Assembly (NCBI GenBank): GCA_963721685.1
Contig: CAVRJJ010000005.1
Location: 396,980 to 460,979, forward strand
Origin: an uncultured bacterium
GTDB taxonomy: Bacteria > Patescibacteriota > Saccharimonadia > UBA4664 > SCTI01
DNA length: 64,000 bases
Direction: 5' to 3'
Under the pieces are notes generated by a model. That model saw only the letters and a program-made list of their open reading frames with translations. It made no database searches and was not told the origin of the DNA. Positions 60,195 to 64,000 of this stretch are shown piece after piece; the stretch's first letter is position 1; each line of letters starts with the position of its first letter. A program made the translations under genes and the position numbers.

Positions 60195-61282
60195 GGGATT
60201 TGCGAGGATTGCTTGCCACTGAAGTATTCCTTGATCCGCTTCAACCCCTCTTCAATCTGATCGATATCCAACGCGTAGGAAAGCCGGAGGCGGGTAGGAT
60301 CGCCGAACCACGCGCCGTCATAAGTAATGACGTTATGGTCGTAAAACAACTCGCTAACTACCTGTGAGGCATTTTTGACCTTGGGAAAAACGTAAAAAGC
60401 GCCTTCCGGTTTCCAAAGGTCAAAGCCCATTTGGATTAAGCCGTTATAAATGAGGTCGCGGCGCTCTTCCCATATAGCGGTTTGCTTTTCCACATAATCA
60501 GCCGGGACGTTTAACGCCTGCAACGCCATTTGCTGGCCGATAATACTGGTATTCATAGAAGTGTGGGTTTTCATTTCAAAGACTTGGTCAAGCAAGCGAT
60601 GGTCGGGCGTGCATAAATAGCCAATCCGTAGGCCGCACATAGCGTATGTCTTAGAAAAAGAATTAATAGTAATAACATGCTTGCCTCTGATGTAGTAATT
60701 TTCGCGGGTATAAATTAAATCCTTATAAACCTCGTCAGAAACGACATAGATATCTTGCTCGGCGGCTAGCGCTTCAATTGCTTTGAGCGTAGCAATATCT
60801 TCAATCCGGCCGGTAGGGTTAGACGGAGAATTTATTAAGATAACTTTCACTTCAGTCAACTTGGTTTTGAAATCCTCCATATCTATCCGTCCGTCAATAA
60901 GGTCGGCATACACCGGCACCAATCCGGCCAACTTGATGATAGGCGGGTAAGAATAATAGTAGGGCCGGCAGACGAGTACTTTAACCGGGCCGTGCAGTTC
61001 ATGAATGGCGCGGAAGGTAAGATCGAGTGCTTCTGAAGCACCATTGGTAATAACGTAGTTATCGGGATGCGTGCCAGGGTAATCGCGGCTTAAGCGTTCG
61101 CGCAGTTCAATCTCACCTTGGATCAAACCGTATTGGAAAACCCGTAGTGTTTCCAGGCCTTCGAAAATACCCGGCGGCGGCGGTAGGTCCGGCTGGCCAG
61201 ACCCAAACGAAATCATGCCTTCTCCTTGGCGGCCAATGAAGCTGGCAGGGCTGGAAAACCGTTTGGGGTTTGCGTCTGACAT
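60191..61282 (-). CDS. Class I/II PLP-dependent aminotransferase
   Basis: NSPSNPTG, SDEVY and SFSKTYAMCGLRIG; start trimmed to MSDANPK. Confidence 0.92.
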   Translation of the reverse strand: MSDANPKRFSSPASFIGRQGEGMISFGSGQPDLPPPPGIFEGLETLRVFQYGLIQGEIELRERLSRDYPGTHPDNYVITNGASEALDLTFRAIHELHGPVKVLVCRPYYYSYPPIIKLAGLVPVYADLIDGRIDMEDFKTKLTEVKVILINSPSNPTGRIEDIATLKAIEALAAEQDIYVVSDEVYKDLIYTRENYYIRGKHVITINSFSKTYAMCGLRIGYLCTPDHRLLDQVFEMKTHTSMNTSIIGQQMALQALNVPADYVEKQTAIWEERRDLIYNGLIQMGFDLWKPEGAFYVFPKVKNASQVVSELFYDHNVITYDGAWFGDPTRLRLSYALDIDQIEEGLKRIKEYFSGKQSSQIP

Positions 61283-61338
61283 AAGCTTAATTATGACATA
61301 TCCATGCCCGGGCGGTAACAGATTTGCTACAATAAGCC

Positions 61339-63867
61339 ATGATGAAGCGTTACGAACCGAAACAACTTGAACCCAAATGGCAGCGGATTTGGGAAGACAC
61401 CAAGCTGTATGAAGCCCATGATGACGACCCGCGCCCAAAACACTACCAGTTAGAGTACTTTCCGTATCCATCAGGCGTGACGATGCACGTTGGCCATGTG
61501 CGCAATTATGTAATTTCTGACGCGTTTGTCCGCTACCAACGGATGAGGGGGCGCAATGTACTGCACCCGATGGGCTGGGACGCCTTTGGTCTGCCAGCTG
61601 AAAACCAAGCCATTAAAACCGGTAAGCCGCCTCGGGAATCAACTGAGGAAAACATCGCCATATTTAAGCGCCAGCTTTCGCAGGTCGGCTTGTCTTACGA
61701 CTGGTCGCGCGAAATTAATTCTTCAGAGCCAGACTATTACCGGTGGACCCAGTGGCTGTTTTTGTTAATGCACAAGCGTGGTTTGGCCTACAAGGCTGAG
61801 GCGGCGGTCAACTGGTGCCCGGTGGATAAGACGGTGCTGGCTAATGAGCAGGTAATCAAGAAAGATGGGCAGAATGTCTGTGAACGCTGTGGCAGCTTAG
61901 TAGAAAAGCGCCAGTTGTTGCAGTGGTTCTTAAAGATTACCGAGTATGCCGACCGCTTGCTTGATGACCTCGATAACCTGGATTGGCCGCAAAATATTAA
62001 AGCAATGCAGCGTAACTGGATTGGCCGAAGTCACGGGATTGATATTGACTATGAGGTTTATGGCCTTAAGCCGGGCATTAAGATTACTACTTTCACGACC
62101 CGTCCTGACACTAACTTTGGGGCTACCTTCGTGGTTTTGGCACCGGAACATCCTTTTGCGCAGCAGGTGGCAAACGGCGAAATCACGCCCGCTGATGGTA
62201 AGCCTCATACGAAAGAAGTCGCGGACTATGTGGCAAAGTCCCTGCAAAAAACCGTGCTTCAGCGTCAGGAAGAAGGAAAAGGGAAAACCGGAACTTTCAC
62301 AGGCTTTTATGTGATAAACCGGCTAAATGGTGAGAAGTTGCCGGTGTGGGTTTCAGACTTTGTGTTAGCTGGGTTCGGAACCGGTGCTGTGGTTGGGGTA
62401 CCTGGGCACGACAAGCGGGATTTTGAGTTTGCCCAAACTTTCAAGTTGCCTATTAAACGCGTAGTGGTTGGAGCTGACGGGGATATCTCGGAAATCACCA
62501 AGATCTCCCAAGTCCAGGAATCAACTGGGGTTATGATGAACTCTGGTTTTGTGGATGGCATCCCGATTATGGAAGCGATTGAGAAAATTAAGACCCACAT
62601 TGAAGGGAAAGGCTATGGCCGTCGGCTTACTAATTACAAAATGCACGACTGGTTGATTGGCCGTCAGCGCTACTGGGGCACACCCATCCCCATGGTGCAC
62701 TGTCCCAAGTGCGGTGCTGTGCCGGTGCCGGAGGATCAGTTGCCCATTGAGTTACCGGAGCTAAAGGATTACCATCCCAGTGATGATGGACGTTCACCGC
62801 TAGCGCGAGCTACCGAATGGGTTAAAACATCCTGCCCCAAGTGCGATGGCACAGCAGAGCGGGAAACCGATACCATGGATACATTCCTTGATTCTAGTTG
62901 GTATTTTTTGCGGTTTGCCGATGCCCACAACGCCCACGAGCCGTTTGATAAACAAAAAGTTGGCTATTGGTTGCCCGTGGACACTTATGTGGGCGGAGCC
63001 GAACATGCAGTTGCTCACTTGCTCTACGCGCGGTTTTGGACCAAGGTTATGCAAGACGCGGGTTTGCTGGACTTTAGTGAACCATTTAAGACCTTACGCA
63101 ACCAGGGTATGATTGGCGGCTCTGATGGTCGAAAAATGGGTAAACGGTACGGTAACGTGGTGACGCCTGATGACATAATTAACCAAGGGTACGGAGCGGA
63201 TTCGCTTAGGCTGTATGAAATGTTCATTGGGCCTTACGATCAAGGGATTCCGTGGAATCCAACTGGCATTGATGGCACCAAACGTTTTTTAAATAGAGTC
63301 TGGGCATTGGTGCAGGAGCATTTAGAAGCAAGGGGTGCGGTTGTTCACGATAATACCGGTACTGATCAAGCTCTCGAGACAGCGCTGGCTGCGGCGGTTC
63401 ATAAAGCGATTAAGAAAGTTTCAACTGATCTTGAAAAGTTTAGTTTCAATACCGCCATTGCGGCCCAAATGGAGTTGGTTAATGAGCTTTACCAGCTCAA
63501 AACCAAGCTGCCGCTGGGAAGTGAGATCTGGCAGCAGCATCTCCAGTTAGTAGTCGCGATGCTCGCCCCGTTTGCGCCGCATATCACTGAGGAAATGTGG
63601 GAGCAGGTAGGTGGCGAAACCAGTGTGCATGTGGCTGGGTGGCCATCTTATGATCCTGAGCTGGTAAAGGAAGAGTTAATCACGATTGTCTTGCAGGTAA
63701 ATGGCAAAACCCGCGGGCAGATTGAGATAAACTCAAATACCGCGGATGATGGAGTCAAACGCTTGGCGGCTGAACAGCAAAATGTTGCTCGCCATATCAA
63801 GGATACGCAAGTTATCAAAACCATTTATGTGCCAGGTAAGCTCGTCAACTTCGTCATCAAGCCGTAG
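61339..63867 (+). CDS. leuS: Leucine--tRNA ligase
   Basis: FPYPSG, HVGH, GWDAFGLPAEN, TTRPDT, RQRYWG and KMGKR. Confidence 0.97.
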   Translation: MMKRYEPKQLEPKWQRIWEDTKLYEAHDDDPRPKHYQLEYFPYPSGVTMHVGHVRNYVISDAFVRYQRMRGRNVLHPMGWDAFGLPAENQAIKTGKPPRESTEENIAIFKRQLSQVGLSYDWSREINSSEPDYYRWTQWLFLLMHKRGLAYKAEAAVNWCPVDKTVLANEQVIKKDGQNVCERCGSLVEKRQLLQWFLKITEYADRLLDDLDNLDWPQNIKAMQRNWIGRSHGIDIDYEVYGLKPGIKITTFTTRPDTNFGATFVVLAPEHPFAQQVANGEITPADGKPHTKEVADYVAKSLQKTVLQRQEEGKGKTGTFTGFYVINRLNGEKLPVWVSDFVLAGFGTGAVVGVPGHDKRDFEFAQTFKLPIKRVVVGADGDISEITKISQVQESTGVMMNSGFVDGIPIMEAIEKIKTHIEGKGYGRRLTNYKMHDWLIGRQRYWGTPIPMVHCPKCGAVPVPEDQLPIELPELKDYHPSDDGRSPLARATEWVKTSCPKCDGTAERETDTMDTFLDSSWYFLRFADAHNAHEPFDKQKVGYWLPVDTYVGGAEHAVAHLLYARFWTKVMQDAGLLDFSEPFKTLRNQGMIGGSDGRKMGKRYGNVVTPDDIINQGYGADSLRLYEMFIGPYDQGIPWNPTGIDGTKRFLNRVWALVQEHLEARGAVVHDNTGTDQALETALAAAVHKAIKKVSTDLEKFSFNTAIAAQMELVNELYQLKTKLPLGSEIWQQHLQLVVAMLAPFAPHITEEMWEQVGGETSVHVAGWPSYDPELVKEELITIVLQVNGKTRGQIEINSNTADDGVKRLAAEQQNVARHIKDTQVIKTIYVPGKLVNFVIKP

Positions 63868-63912
63868 TCTTGCCAAAGAGCCTCTTTATAGGTATACTAT
63901 GCGCCTAAGCGT

Positions 63913-64000
63913 ATGCAAGTAGACGTAAGCAACATCTTAAGGCAAGGCGAAGGCGCCCAGGAAGAGTTCATCATTGATGGTGAAACTCCGGAGCTTGAGG
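63913..64000 (+). CDS. Partial gene, possibly YceD/DUF177 family
   Basis: MQVDVSNILRQGEG... runs off the window. Confidence 0.45.
   Translation, partial: MQVDVSNILRQGEGAQEEFIIDGETPELE

Overview
Bacterial chromosomal window, mostly + strand, standard genetic code. The gene inventory points to a Patescibacteria/CPR (Saccharibacteria-like) genome; this is an inference from the short AlaRS and MetRS, the FtsA-like plus baseplate-J-like pair, cohesin proteins and leaderless genes. The backbone carries pyk-pgk-tpiA, murC/mpl, murB, pcrA, rpf-like, rsmA, metG, tatD, iscS, mnmA, alaS, yqgF, mltG, obg, def, purD, a purH N-terminal half, murF-like, femABX-like, leuS and three tRNAs. Main observations: (1) at least two ~2.8 kb integrase-free cassettes stacked at the tRNA-Glu 3' end, bounded by att-like repeats whose arm keeps a peptide-coding signature; (2) an eight-gene, ~10 kb secreted WxL/pilin-like, DUF916-like and tail-fibre-like surface operon between iscS and mnmA; (3) both secreted cell-wall hydrolase genes (Rpf-like and LysM-CHAP) appear to start at ATT behind long leaders; (4) a CATAAGC motif recurring at promoters; (5) GC-rich orphan expression units with strong Shine-Dalgarno (SD) sites in a largely leaderless genome. 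All family assignments come from motif recognition by eye; no database search was run.
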